A stretch of 64,000 bases of DNA. Origin: Callorhinchus milii. Taxonomy: Eukaryota. Made by a program: the position numbers and the translations under genes. Of this stretch, positions 1 to 13,821 are shown one piece after another (within the stretch, counting starts at the first letter, position 1; the number at the start of each line of letters is the position of its first letter). The DNA lies in NCBI RefSeq assembly GCF_018977255.1, contig NW_024704743.1, forward strand, positions 38,504,001 through 38,568,000, given 5' to 3'. The notes beneath the pieces were generated by a model. The model was not told where the DNA came from and made no database searches. It worked only from the letters and a program-made list of their open reading frames with translations.

Positions 1-671
1 AATTGAATGGCAGTAACACTAAGTATGTAGGGATGTGTATCGAGGCTGTGAGTAGGACAATGTTCTCAAGCATCTCATGCGAGTTGTGGTGTTCCTGATG
101 CTTACCATCCACCGAGTGAAGCGCCAAACCTCTCCTAGTCAGATATTAAATAATCAACTAGTGATTATCCTCGGGGCAGAGGGCAAGGTAAGTGAGGTCT
201 CGTTAAGGTTGAACATTCTTGGCAACGAAATAACAGAATTTAGTCAACTCTCTGTGACAGTCTCCATGATCTGATTCTTGAGCTAGATGGGGCTGCATTA
301 CTCCAAGGCACTGTTGGTGACAGACCGACCAGTTTTAAAAGAACTTCAGGAAAACTGGCTTCAACGCTTCTTTGTAAGCTTTACTGTTAAAAGATACATC
401 CCCTTGCACCGCATTCAATTGTAAATGATTAGAAAGAACTGGTCACACTTTTTCAATCATAGGAAAGCTAACAGGCAGTCAAGCAGCCAGTTATCAACAT
501 TCACATTTTGCATAGCAGCATGATTCAGCAAAAGACTGCCCTTGTCCTACTTGGCAACGATGAAACAGCTTTGTCTCACGTGGCACTAAAGTGCAGTCAA
601 TGTCATAATAACATTTCCTAACCACGTCTGAAACTATTCAAACACCAGTGATAAGTTCATAGAATGCAAAC

Positions 672-993
672 ATAATAATAAATAATAATCCTTGTATTTG
701 ATATTGTGCTTTTCACGTCTTCTAGACATCTCAAAGCGCTTCACGGAATAGACTGTAAAGTAAATTGACTGTATATTTTGTGGGCAAAACGCAGCAGTCA
801 ATTGCACACAGCAGTGTCCCACAAACAGTCGTGGATTGAAGTGACTAAATTATTATTGTTTTATTTTCTTGATGGATTATTATTATCAGGTGTGTGAAGT
901 AAGGAAACTTGCCCAAGTTTTGCCCTGCCGGGAATTGAACCCAGGTCTCTCCCTTGCGAGGCAAGTGCTCTAACCACTGAGCTACAGGACTCC
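672..993 (-). mobile_element. tRNA-derived SINE, full length, short subfamily
   Basis: Head GGAGTCCTGTAGCTCAGTGGTTAGAGCAC (A box) and GGTTCAATTCC (B box), Deu-like GTTTGTGGGACACTGCTGTG...AATTG, L2-like tail ending in (ATT)n. Confidence 0.9.
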
Positions 994-3900
994 ACAACAC
1001 CTATTCTTTATTTGGAATCACCATAATGGGCAGATCGCAAGCAACAATTGGGGTTTCTGAACTAGTCATGAATCTGAAATAAATCTTGTGACACACAATG
1101 GTTAGCATCAGGAGACACTGTCTAGTCTGAGTGCTCTTGAGTGCTGAGTACCAGGGTGGACCCCCTATGTCATGGTGATCAGAATTGTACACAGGTCTGC
1201 GTGTATGGCCTGACCAGAACAGTGTACCGCTTGAAGGTTCTATATCGATGGTGTAGTTGAGCGGGGTTTTCAAAATTCTCACAACCCTCTGTGATTTTGT
1301 TTTCTGGAATCATGTTCACTGGCTCAGATCTAATATTGAAGAATAAGTCCCTTGTTTTGGATCCTTCTAAACAAGAATAGTCTCCCTTTATCTGGCTTGT
1401 CAATTGCCTTCATTATTATAAATACTTCAAGCCGACTCAGCTGTTCCTTCCAGTTTGGCATAAGAGAACACCAAGCGTGGCATCCAGACTGCTTGAGTTA
1501 GGCTTGCTGCTTCTCAAAAAGGCTTCACATCAAAGACAGTTATTAATTTCTGCTTCTACCCATCTGAGGCCCCTGGAGCTCAGGACACAACTAACTCCCA
1601 GGGGAGGTGTGGTTTTCCATATTACTTTTGCTTGATCAGCCTTGTAATGAACTTTACTGATTCCAATTATATTAATAAGGGATCTTTTATAAGCATAAAA
1701 ATACATTGGAACAGCTGAGGCTTGTATGCCATTCTACTCTGCAGATGAACTCCTACCCCAGCTGATTTAACCAGTTGCCTCAATAGTTTTGTTTTGCATT
1801 CCTCATGATCGTGAACGTAAAAAATTCAGTTTTTTTCTAGCATGAAATTAATTTTCAGGCATGCATTAAGTTTCCTTAAAATTCTGGAAGCTGTTTCACA
1901 TTGAAAGGCAAAAAGTAGCAGGGAGATAAGAGAGGACCTCGGCCAACCATGTAACAGTCAAAATAAACCGTGTAATTAAATTGTTGTCATGCACATAAAG
2001 GAGAGTGTGAAAATGTGCCCAGAGTGCTGGTTATAGGAGGACAGTAAAATGATGCACCAAAGGGTAAAAAAAATCTCCCATAGCATAATGACAAGTGTTT
2101 ATAATGGGGCTGACATGTAGGGATTTAAATCTCGAGAGTTGTTTTATTTATACAAACATATTAACACTAATTCTTTCTTCAAAGCAAGTGTGTTGGTGTG
2201 AGTTAGGTAAAGAGAGATCAAGAGAGGTTTTGAGCTGTTTCGTCACTTGAGAGCAGCCACACATTTGTGTATATGTTTCTAGTTGTAACAGGGGGTATTT
2301 TTAATGAAAACTTCAATAAGGCTATATCTTGTAGATGTATAAACACAAAATGTATTCCCTGGGTGAAAGAACAGAAAAAAATAAAATGGGCAATTTCTTT
2401 AAACAAACAAGCAAAAAAGGAAGTCTGCTTGATTTAAGGGAAAAAGATTATCCAGAGAAAATGGTCTTAAAAATTAGCATTGATTGATGGGGGGGAGGGA
2501 CCTAAGCATTTCTTTGTTTCTATGTCCATTTCTTTCAGAAAAAACTGGTCCAATCTTAATGTACAGGAGTCAGCAGTCAATAGATGTAAACAGCCAACAG
2601 GATCCACTGTCTACATTTAGAATTGGTTGAATGGGTTCTTTTGGTGCATCAGCAGAAATCAATGAATGCTTGCAGTTAAATCGTTTATCAAAAATTTAAA
2701 CTTATCATTCACACAGATGCACTTTTAAGCCAAACTCAGAAAAGTAACACTCAAACACCAGTCCGATAACGATAGTGATACGTGACACAGGTTAGAACAT
2801 CGGGAAGCCTCTTCAGTTTCTTATTACCAGTAATGACTACTATTTAAGCTGTAAACATTGATTCTGAAGTGGGGAAAGAAATGGCAATACAGTCCGTGTT
2901 TGTTCATGATACTACATGAGGGGTAGCTGCAATTGACAGGAAACAGGCTGACCAAAGGCAGTGGGATCTGTATACAGTGGGTTGACAAATGAGGCAGACT
3001 GATAAGGTTGGGGGAAGGAAAATAAAAAGTATCATAATTTATAAGCTAAGCTAATAGTCTGCTGAATACAACACAAACAAACACAACAACATGTATTTAT
3101 ATAGTGCAATTCCATGACCAATTTCCATACAGGGTAGTGTCTCAGAGGGCTCAGCAGTGCTTGATGCCGAGCCGGGGGGAGGTGGCCCTTGGCACAGTTG
3201 AAGAGGAAGGTCTTCAGGTGTGAAGAAGGAGAAGGTAAGGCAGAGGGACTGAAGCAGAGAGTTCCATAGTTTGGGGGCATAGTGGCTGAAAGCACGGCTG
3301 CCAGTGGTGGAGCGGAGGGGACGAGGGACATGCAGGAGGCTGCAGCCACCTGAATGAGGATGGTGGACACAACTATCACTGGTGGGATGCAAATATCATG
3401 AGGGTGGTTGGAATGTATTGTATTTTAGTTCCATCCAGCATTATCCTGGAAGCAGTTTACAGGAAACTTTTACTAATGATTCAAGAGAAGTAAATGTGGC
3501 ATCTTTACCATTCTGCCATCTTGCTTTATCACAACATGTAATGGTTGTTTCAAAGGCATCTGTTGATAGCATGTATATCTCTAGTGTATGAGCCTTGATC
3601 CTGAGAGGTGGCAGGCTACTTCACTGGAGATGGGAATGGGGGAAAGTCAAATCTATCCCTAACACTCCCACACTCTATCAGGGATTCAAACAATATCTGA
3701 CAGCTGAAAGGATGGGCTGACAGCTCTTTCCTCAACCTCTGGGATATCCAGTGAGCAAGCAGCTGCTAAATGCGAGTAACCAAATTTTGGGCCATTTATG
3801 GACATTCCCTCACTAGGTAGATTAGGTGTATGGGGTTAAGATCAGAAGCATGTTGACTGCAATGCATTTGCCATCTGATGAAGAGCAGTTTCCCCCAGTT

Positions 3901-4194
3901 TTCACTCCAATTAATTTATCTTCCACAGAGCCCCAAGTCTGTGCCACTGAGAGTGTGTAGCTAAGTAGCTTCAGACCATTGCCCACATTCCTTGTTATCA
4001 CTTACCTGTTAACAACCTAGCTACAACACTGCGAGCAAGAATATAAATAGCTATGAAAAGGATAAGGTTTCCATCTCAATTTGCATATCTAAAATTATGG
4101 CAAGCTATCTAACTGGGGTAGGGGAGGAAGAAAACAGGGTGAATTGCATTCATAGTACACCTGCATGATAGTATACAAATAAGCATGGTACTTA

Positions 4195-4389
<195 letters not shown>

Positions 4390-5209
4390 TCACACCACCT
4401 GACCACTTCTATAGAAGGTCTTGTGATCTTCTCTTTTTGCCTATTCTTCAGTTTTAATCCCTTTTCCTTACCCTTGCATTTACTTACAATCCCTTCAACA
4501 CAGCAAGCAAACATCAATAAACTTAAAACCATGAGAAGACTCATGTTCCCTTCTACCACACCACCAGTTGTCCTCAAGACTTTCTTGAATACTGCTTTCC
4601 CATTTCATAGCACATAGGTTCTGTTCTGTAGATCTGCACACTCATGCCACTCTCTTGTGATGGGAACACATTAGGCATGTATTCTGGTGGAATGAGATCA
4701 GAGGCCCAAAGGTTCTTCTTCCACCAAATTAATTTTAGTGTGATAGTGGCATATGATTTGAGAGTGGGAACTACCAGCAGCTTCTAATCAGTCAATTGGT
4801 GGAAGTGGCTTAATTGCTACTAGTCATATAAATGGGGCAGCAAGATTTGGTTTCCATTGGGAATGCTTTACATAAATGTAAAATGTCAATGTAATAATAA
4901 AAATCCTTGCAATTTGATATAGCTTCCTTCACATCGGTCTCAAAGCACTTCACAGGATTTACTGTGTATTTTGTAGGCGAACATAGAGACGATGTCTCAC
5001 AAATAGTCATGAAGTGTATGACCAATTTTATTTGAGGGATTGTAGGCCAGGATACATGGAAAATTCCCCTTCTCTTTGAGTATTGCCATGGGATCTTTAA
5101 CATTCACCTTAGTAGGCAGACAGGACCTTACTTTAATATACTGTATAAAGGATAGCATCTCTAACAATGAAACCCACTCCCAGCACTGCATTCAGGTGTT
5201 AGCCTAGAC

Positions 5210-6339
5210 CAAGACGCTCCAACCTTTTGGCTGCCAAGGGACGGATTCCCTATTTGAGAAAGGTCCGTGGACCGCATAAGTAATATTTTGTATCTCCCTT
5301 TCAGAAATATAATATTTATACCGCACCTTTTTCTTATTGAAAGGACATCTCAAAGCACTCAATACTGTCTGGGAAGCTGAGCTGGGGTTCGGGAGAGATG
5401 GGATGGGGAGGGGAGGAGATGACCGAAAGTGTGGTCAGCGAGTTAGGTCTTGACGTGCCTTGAAAGGGTAGGGAGGGAGCAAATCGGAGGGACTCCAGGA
5501 ATGGAACTCCAGAGAGCGGGGCAAAATGGCCAATGCTGGGGCAGATGAGGTGGGGGTACATGAGGCAAGCCGGTGTTTGCTCTGCAAAGGGAACGGGCAG
5601 GCCGGGAGATCACATAAGTATGGTGGGGAGGGTGGGGGTGTGTGGAATGAAGGACATAGAGACGTTTTTCACTGGGGAAAGAGGAAGCTTTCCGTGAGTA
5701 AAACTGCACGTCACTCAGTGTCTGTCCTCAGTACCCCTCGCGGTGGCCGAGGGAGCCTCCCATGGTCTGTCCTGACAGTAAACCACAAAACACTGCCCTC
5801 AATTCTCTGCTCTCTCACTCTTTTTGTTTCTTTCTCCCCCTCTCATGTTCTCTCTCTCAATCACTCTCTCCCTCTCTCTCTCAAACACTCTCTCTCTATC
5901 CTTCTCTCTCACACACTCTCTTTCACACTCACCTCACATCTTCCCTCTCCTCTCACACTCTCCCCTTCCCTCCCACTCTCTCAATCACTCTCAACCCCCT
6001 CTCCCACGCTCTCACACACACTCTCTCTCTCTCTTAATTACTCTGACTCACACCCCTTCTCTCCCACATATGCTCTCTCTATCCCCTTTCACACTCTCTC
6101 TCAATCACTCTTTCCCTGCTCTTTTGCACTGTGGATAAGGAAATGCACTTGCCTTCCTGACAGAGTTTAGCAATGGCTGGTATTATTTCCACCCTCCGTG
6201 CTGCATACTTCCAACCGCCGGCTCCTGCCTTGGGAGAATGTTCAACCGGAAGGGAGCGGAAGTTGGAAATAGTCTTGGGCCAGGTAAAATCACCGGCCGG
6301 GCCGGATGTGGCCCGTGGGCCGCCAGTTGGACCATGCTG
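5210..6339. mobile_element. Non-autonomous hAT (Charlie-like) DNA transposon, 1130 bp
   Basis: Perfect 8-bp TSD GCCTAGAC (5202-5209 and 6340-6347). Imperfect TIRs CAAGACGCTCCAAC vs CAGCATGGTCCAAC (10/14). Subterminal GGCCGGATGTGGCCCGTGGGCCG resembles Charlie-type MITE ends. No transposase ORF. Confidence 0.85.
5803..6115. repeat. CT/CA low-complexity tract inside the hAT element
   Basis: Pyrimidine-rich (CT)n/(CA)n mosaic. Confidence 0.85.
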
Positions 6340-6544
6340 GCCTAGACTATACGAGTTCAAAGTCTTGATGCGAAGTTTGAACCCAGAACCTTCTGACTCA
6401 GAGTTAAGACTGTTACTAATTGAGCAAGGATAATGCTGTAAGGTTTAGTCTGAACCAACACTTAGGAAATATGCAGATTTCATCACTCCTAATTGAATTA
6501 TGCAAATATGAATGACAAGAGATATAAGATATAAGCTCTATGAC

Positions 6545-6975
6545 CTGATCACCCCCATCCTCGCCTGGCTCCACTGGCTCCCCATGCCCCAGAAGATAAT
6601 GTTCAAAATCCCCCTTCTTGCCTTCAAAGCCCTCCACGGCCTTGCTCCTCCCTACTTTTATGACCTGCTAACTCTGTCCACTCCCTCTGCTCAGCAGACT
6701 CTGGCCTGCTGCACAACCCCGCCCTTGCTGTCCACAATCTGTCGAGCCTTCAGCCTCTCTGTCTGCACCCTTTGGAACTCCATCCCACAGTCCCTTCACC
6801 TTGCTCGCTCCTTTGCCTCCTTCAAGGTTCGTCTCAAGACCACCTTTTTGACCGTGCCTTCGGCCACCCTCCCTACCTCTACCCTCCTCACCCTTTACCC
6901 CTCCTGATTCCAACCCCCAACTGGGGTCCAAGTCCCTCACTGTACCATGCCTAGGGACATCCTACTGACCTGAAA
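6545..6975 (+). mobile_element. L2 3' fragment (others at ~3080-3370, 29820-30210, 39230-39550, 56880-57165, 58585-58800 and 63695-63950)
   Basis: ITPILAWLHWLPMPQKIMFKIPLLAFKALHGLAPPY...LWNSIP...FKVRLKT. Confidence 0.88.
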
Positions 6976-7279
6976 GGCTTTTTTTTTGCTTTATGTCCTG
7001 CTTCAGGATGTCATTGCACACCTATGATGTGTAGTTCAAACTCTCACAAAATAGTTTTCGGCAACAGTACAGTGATCAGATAGTTGTACAGTTGCTGGTG
7101 AAGAACACATTTACAGCCAACCTGCAATATACTTCCAGGAGGCTGCAACTCAACATTCAAATCAACTGGAGGCTATAAAAGGTGTAAAGGCAACACACTG
7201 TACAAAAATGTTGAAATTAGCAATCATACTTAATAACTGATCACAAAATGAGTACAGTAATTGCTGTGTACCTAACCTA

Positions 7280-7567
<288 letters not shown>

Positions 7568-8559
7568 TTAGTATGGAATTCATAAAGCCCACTGAATATT
7601 AAAAATACATAACATATGATACTTAGTTGTGCATTTTCTACATCTTGGTGGTTTAAACAATCTAACTAATAAACATTTACTCATCTGAGTGAATCCCTCA
7701 TTACCTGTAATCTCAAATGCTATATATATTAAATATAAGGATTTTTTGGGTCAACTCGGTGTGACACTTATGGAAACCCAGCACAATGATTAAGAATATC
7801 CAAATCAGATTGACAAGAATTCCACGAATGTGTGCCACCCACATGTGGAAATTTCCATGTGTCTGGAACAGAATGAGCACTCTTTCCCTGGAGGGACACA
7901 CAAAGCTTAACCAATACCAGAGATATTGAGTGCAGGTTAGGGTTGGCAAGAATAAATATGACATAGTTACACCAAACCCTGAAATAAGCATCCCTGGGCT
8001 TATTTCACAGGTATGAGTACATGAGATTCAAATTAAAACCCACTATGCTGCAATACTCTATTGGCTTTAATGTAAAAAAATTAAAAAAGAACGGTAAAAT
8101 CTTGAACAAAATACTGGGTTTAGAAGAATCTTTTTGTTCCCATGGTGCAGGATGAGAAGCAGTTCTCAAACGGGTTAAGAAATACTACTTTATAGCACCA
8201 TTTGTGAGATCATAAAGCCTTCATTTTCATTTGTGTTAATTTCTATTTTAACCCAAATACCCAACAGGTTTTGAATTGCATCCAAAAGATTCCTATTCAC
8301 TTAACATCCTCCTGACAAGAAAGTCGCTTTACAAATGTAATTTGTTGTTGTTGATCACACTCAGTGTTATTTCTGCAACTTGCGTTTCTGGTTAGATACC
8401 AATTAAAACTAGGCAATTTCAGTCATCTTGATTGGACTTTGTAACGGACCAATATTCCATAGACAGACACCAAGCTTTCACACCTCACACTCAAGTGTGC
8501 ATTATTCATGTGCAAGCTTCAATAATGCATACCGGAAGGTTATTTAACACTGGGTCAGC

Positions 8560-8810
8560 ATCACAGCCAAGGACATTCTCCTCCTCACCACATGTTGATA
8601 CCAATGCAAAATCAGCAGCAGTCACAGGTCAGTGATCAGGAGAAGAAACCTTGGCTGATTTTCCCCTCCCTAGCCAGTACACTAAGGCCCCATTTATACT
8701 ACCTCTTATGAGATCAGCGAACAGCACAAACTACAGATCAAATCTATGACCTTTTCTGGTCTGTGTGAGTCAGTTGCTTCTGCTTACTGAATAAATTCAT
8801 CAGCGGAGCC
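8560..8810 (-). mobile_element. Ancient SINE resembling AmnSINE2; fragments also at ~9270-9470, 15440-15590, 40770-40900, 53900-54060 and 56500-56580
   Basis: Minus strand reads CACACAGACCAGAAAAGGTC...GGCTAGGGAGGGGAAAATCAGCCAAGGTTTCTTCTCCTGATCACT, which recurs in the window. Family name is from recall of the consensus. Confidence 0.55.
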
Positions 8811-10135
8811 TGGAATTCATATTTTAAATTTACTTCTACATTATTTATTGGAACAAAATTCTCTCAGGGAAACCTATTATTCATTGTGGAAGTACTGCAC
8901 TAATATTGCCCAGGTGATTGATAACATAATAAACTATTGTTTTCAACCACCATGTAGTTCATAAAGCTTATGCAAATATAATGACTCTTATCTCTCTGTC
9001 TCTCAGCTCTCTCTGTTTTTGTTTCAGATTCCAGCATCTGCAGTATTTTGTGTTTTGATAATGATTTTCTTCACTGTTATCCATCACACATATGACTTTG
9101 CTAAGACCCACCAGTCGTGATGTGGCCAAGCTCCGAAGTTATAGTGGATAAGAGTTTGTTCCTTACGGACCAGGATCTTGCTGTGAATCCCACTCTGTGT
9201 TTGCTTGTCTCAACCGGGCTTGGATGAGGAGGTTAAATTGGTCCTGATTTTCCCAAGTAGTGTAAGTGAAAATGAGCCAGGGTTCCCATCCTGGTCCCAC
9301 CACAGGACCCTCTGCTATGTGTCTGTCCATCAGTGTGACAGTTGGGTGGGGAGAGGTTAGGCTTGGCTGCATCATCCACTATGGTCAAGTCACTTCACTG
9401 ACACTCACTATCAAGACTCACACATAAACAATAGCTACTTGGCCAGATACCAGATAGCAACCAGCACTGTAAAAATGATCCCACCAAGTTGAGGCAAGTC
9501 CAGGAGCAGGGGGGCATATACAAGTGGGGAGAAAAAATAGAAAATTACACATACTACAATTTCTTTCTAGAAACATAACAAGAAGTGTTGAAAGCCATTT
9601 TGGCATTTATTTCGGAAAGCAGATGGACCTGGAAACTGAATATTCTTGCCATCACTGAGCACCGTATGCATTATTTGCCACCGTGATTGGGTCCAGTAGG
9701 CATGAGCTGTTCTTTCCGAGCTCGGTCAATTTATGGAGATTATATAACAAATTTGAGAAGAAATACTTCAAACCGCTGAAACCTATGACTTTAAAGCACA
9801 AGCTTACTGTATCATATAATAACGCAAAGGCATCTGCTCCAACAATCTGCCAGAAGTTAATGTAGATTTAAACACAGGAGGAGCTTGAGGATGAAGGAGA
9901 ACTTGCGAGTTACAGCAAAAAGAAAGCGTGCATTTGCACTGGGCACCAGTTGAGATTTTTTTTAAAACACACACAGACTCATTTTATGCAAAAGAATTTG
10001 ATTAATCTACTCCTATCCACCAATGTCAATGTAACCGCAAACCCAAGTTTTTACAAGATTTTGTACTCAAATAATATTAACATCAGAGAAGTTTATATGC
10101 ATTGAATATTGTTGAAGAAAACTGATCAACTACTC

Positions 10136-10285
10136 ATAATAATGATCCTTGCATTTGATCCCGTCTTCGATATGTCACAAAGCACTTCACAGAATATACG
10201 TAAAGTGAAGGTAAAGTGACTGTATAGTTTGTAGGCGAAACATGGCAGCCAATTGCGTGCTCTAACTACTAAGCTACAGGACACC
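10136..10285 (-). mobile_element. tRNA-derived SINE with a large internal deletion
   Basis: The 3' half joins directly to the first ~28 nt of the head (GCCAATTGC|GTGCTCTAAC). Confidence 0.8.
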
Positions 10286-10895
10286 ACATCATGCTTTGTA
10301 ATCAAATTTAAATTAATATCTAATAAAATGATCAATTATTTCATTTTAAAAAGCCTTCTTTTGGAACTGGAATTGACCTTCACAAAATTAAATATGACTG
10401 AAAAATAAAAGGTTATGCCGAAGCTTGGTGTTGATGTATGCAGTCTGTATTTAAGGACAAATCAGGTAAAAGAAGCGTTCTCTGAAAATAATACAAAATT
10501 CTGCCAATAAAATGAGAGATAAACTTTGCCATGCAAATGTAGCAAATTTCACAATTTTTATAACTTGGCCATTTTATGGCAGAAATATTAAATAATTACA
10601 TAATAAAAGCTTTAAAACATCACCTCATTTGACAATGTATAACCATTATATTACATTACGCCATTACAGAAAAATCCTATGAAGCACTTTGAGACAGTTT
10701 GATGTCATCAAGTGCAAGGATTAATATTGGTCCAATTTGAACATTTTCATGAGGGGTTTATTTATTCCGTAGTACCACCCAATAAATTCAAAGTATGGGC
10801 AGGAAGATTAATCAGGAAGGTCAAGATATTGATTTAGTACATAGGCAAGTGGAACAAACCACCAACACTGGAAAGAGGATCTTCAAATGGTTTTG

Positions 10896-12095
10896 AGAAT
10901 CATAGAATCATAGAATTGTACAGCACAAAAAGAGGCCATTCGGCCCATCGAGTTTGTGCCGGCTCTTTGAATAGAGCAATTAATGTCAATCCCACTCATC
11001 AGCCCTTTCCCCATAACCCTGCAGACCCGTCCTCCTCAAATACCAAAACGCGTTTTTAAAAGTAGTTATCGAATCGGCCTCGACAACCCTTTCAGGCAAT
11101 GTGTTCCAGATTTGAACAACTCAATAATAATAATAATAATAATAATCCTTGCATTTGATATAGCGCTTTTCACGTCGGGAGGATGTCCCAAAGCGCTTCA
11201 CAGAACACACTGTGAAGTGAACTGACTGTATATTTGTGGGCAATTGTGGCAGCCAATTGCGCACAGCAATGTCCCACAAACAGTCGTAGATTGAAAATGA
11301 CCAATTTATTATTGTTTTTGTTTTGGAGGGATTATTATTAGGTGTGTGGAGTAAGGAAACTTGCCCAAGGTTTCGCTCTCTGCCTGGAATTGAACTCAGG
11401 TCTCTCACTTGCAAAGCGAGTGCTCTAACCACTGAGCTACAGGACTCCAGGACAGTTTCACGCAGGACTCACTGCGTGAAAAAATTTCTTCTCACCTCCC
11501 CTCTGCTTCTTTTGGAGACTATTTTGAATCTGTGACCTTGAGTCAGCGACACACCCACCAGTGGAAACCTCTATTTGGTCTCCTCGTAACCTTCTCTGCT
11601 CCAATGAGCCTTTCCTCATAATCAAGGTCCCTCATTCCTGGTACCATCCTCGTAAATCTCCTCTACACCCTTTCCAATGCCTTAACATCCTTCCTATAGT
11701 GTGGTGCCCAGAACTGGGCACAGTATTCTAACTGAGGCGTAACCAGTGTTTTATATAGGTTAGTCATAGCCTCCTGACTCTTGTACTCTATGCCCCTATT
11801 TATAAAGCCTAGTATCCCATATGCCCTTTTTACAGCCTTATTTACCTGTTCTGCCACCTTCAAAGATTCATTCACCTGCACCCCCAGGTCTCCCTGTTTT
11901 TTTACCCCCCTTAAGATTGTATTACCAGCCTGTATTGCCTCCCCTCATTCTTTCTACCAAAATGCATTACCTCGCATTTCTCTACATTGAAACTCATCTG
12001 CCATGTGTCAGCCCATTTTACCATTCTGTCTATGTGTTCCTGCAGTTGGCTCCTATCCTTCTCACTGTTTACTACCCTACCTAACTTTGTGTCGC
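10896..12095 (-). mobile_element. CR1 LINE 3' fragment, interrupted by a SINE
   Basis: (ATTCTATG)n terminal repeat at 10896-10916; peptide LYKTLVTPQLEYCAQFWAPHYRKDVKALERV; colinear with the copy at 30530-31298. Confidence 0.92.
11123..11448 (-). mobile_element. tRNA-derived SINE, full length, nested in a CR1
   Basis: Highly similar to the copies at 28897-29210 and 37885-38175; long (AAT)n tail. Confidence 0.92.
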
Positions 12096-13821
12096 ACCTA
12101 ATAACTCAACAAGTTTCTGTATATTCAAATAATCAAAGATTATTAGGTGATGAGAGCTGTGTTGAAGGAATCTTTGGGAAATTGAATGAGTAGCCTAGAT
12201 AGGCCAACTGTCTACTAAGTTTGGGGTATTTCATTGGTTTGTGGCAACTCAAATGGAAAATGATAAGGTCACCTAACACCTAAAACAAGACTTTTTTTCC
12301 AGTCTTCAACTTCCTTCAGTGGCAATTAGCAATGACATTGCGGTGAGAGCAGCGTGTCGTCACAATTTGAGTGTACTTATTTCCTGGCAACTATTGGGGA
12401 CTGGGCGCAATGACTATGCAGACAGTATGGAGACACCCCTGAAAATACACATAGCAACCAAAATGTATTTTACATGTTTAAGCTCATAATAGTAATACTT
12501 TGTCCTAACGTCAGGATGATTGTTGCAGCTGGCAGTTCCTCAATAGCCATTAAGATTAAGGAAATTGCTCTTCTTTGTACCTTTTCACCCTCCATCTCCT
12601 GATAGAACATGAAAAATCAAGAGCTAACATGTGGAACGGGCAGTCAGAAACAGTTATTCTGTGGAGTTAGTTAAATTCAATGACTAGGTTTCTTGAAGTT
12701 ACAGTGACGTAGCAACACACCCATATCGTGACCTGTTAACAAACGTTTCAACTTGCTGACCATGCTAAGCATTTCATTGAATTTCACAGCTTGTAGAGGC
12801 TGCGTAGATTCAAGCCACATTTAACTGACTACAACAGGAGACACCTCCAGCATAGAGCCATGCAATTACAGTCTGTGCCAGATAGGCAGGAGACATTTTG
12901 TTCACTGTTAAATACAGATTTGTTTTGGTGAAAAGGTTAATACAAGATGCCAAATACAGTACCAATGATTTTGCAGGCAATCATTTGCTTTAAACCTTTA
13001 TCAAAAGAATTCTGTGTTGCGTAACACATCAGTTTAATTCCTAGTACAACATTTTTCATAATAATAATCCTTGCATTTGATATGGTATCTTATTATGTCA
13101 TGGAGACGCCTGAAAGCGCTTCACAGAATATAATGTAAAGTGGATTGATTGTATATTTTGTGGGTGAAACATGGCAGCTGATTGCGCCCAGTGGTGTCTC
13201 ACAAACAATCGTAGATTGAAGGTTCCCTCATATAATGTTTTGCAGGGATATACAAGTTATGTTTTAAGCCGAGTCACTGACAGTGTATTGAGAAAACGCT
13301 TGAGTTATACAGGTAGCTAAGGGTCATTTATACCTATTGTACTAAGTAGACCAGAAACCTCAACTGCTTATATAGATACAGAAGAATATCAGCTGCAGAA
13401 ACCACAAGTATTTTTACATTTCAAAACATGGACCTCATTCGTGCTGTGTATCCCTATTTGATTGTAGCAGATAATATGAAGTGTTTCAATTCATAATATT
13501 ATCAAACAAGCAGCCATCATTCATAAGAATTTTTGGGATCTGACACATATACACATAGCCCACTGCTATGCTTTAAGTATCCAAACCAAACTACTGTAAT
13601 AAAAGTTCCATACAATTAGACAAGTTAGGGCTTTTCAGGCTAGAGAGATGACTCAGAGGGATGTCATGGAGGTTTGGCAAATTTTAAATGGGATCAAAAA
13701 ATTAAACCCAGAACAATAGTTTAGGATGCAACAAGATTGTAGAATAAGAGGACAAAGGATTAGAATTGCAAGTGTCAGTTTCAGGACAGATACCAGGAAG
13801 TTTTTCCTTTACTCAGAGGGC

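Larger units (their letters stand above)
4893..6430 (-). mobile_element. Old Deu-domain SINE (SacSINE1/AmnSINE1-like), split by the hAT element (tail and body 4893-5209, head 6340-6430)
   Basis: Body motif TGCCATGGGATCTTTAACATTCACCT...CAGCACTGCA...AGCCTAGA resumes after the TSD as TTTGAACCCAGAACCTTCTGACTCAGAG; the same motifs are colinear in the uninterrupted copy at 26050-26360. Confidence 0.75.

Noticed and set aside
3985..4060. Strong minus-strand donor CAG|GTAAG near 4001-4008 as possible ANKH exon 4
   Set aside because: The upstream frame has a stop and no similarity to AWTHAGILLKHKY. I did not find exon 4 in 1-4227.
5526..6170. 214-aa Ser/Leu/His-rich ORF
   Set aside because: Translation of the CT tract inside the hAT element; no transposase motifs.
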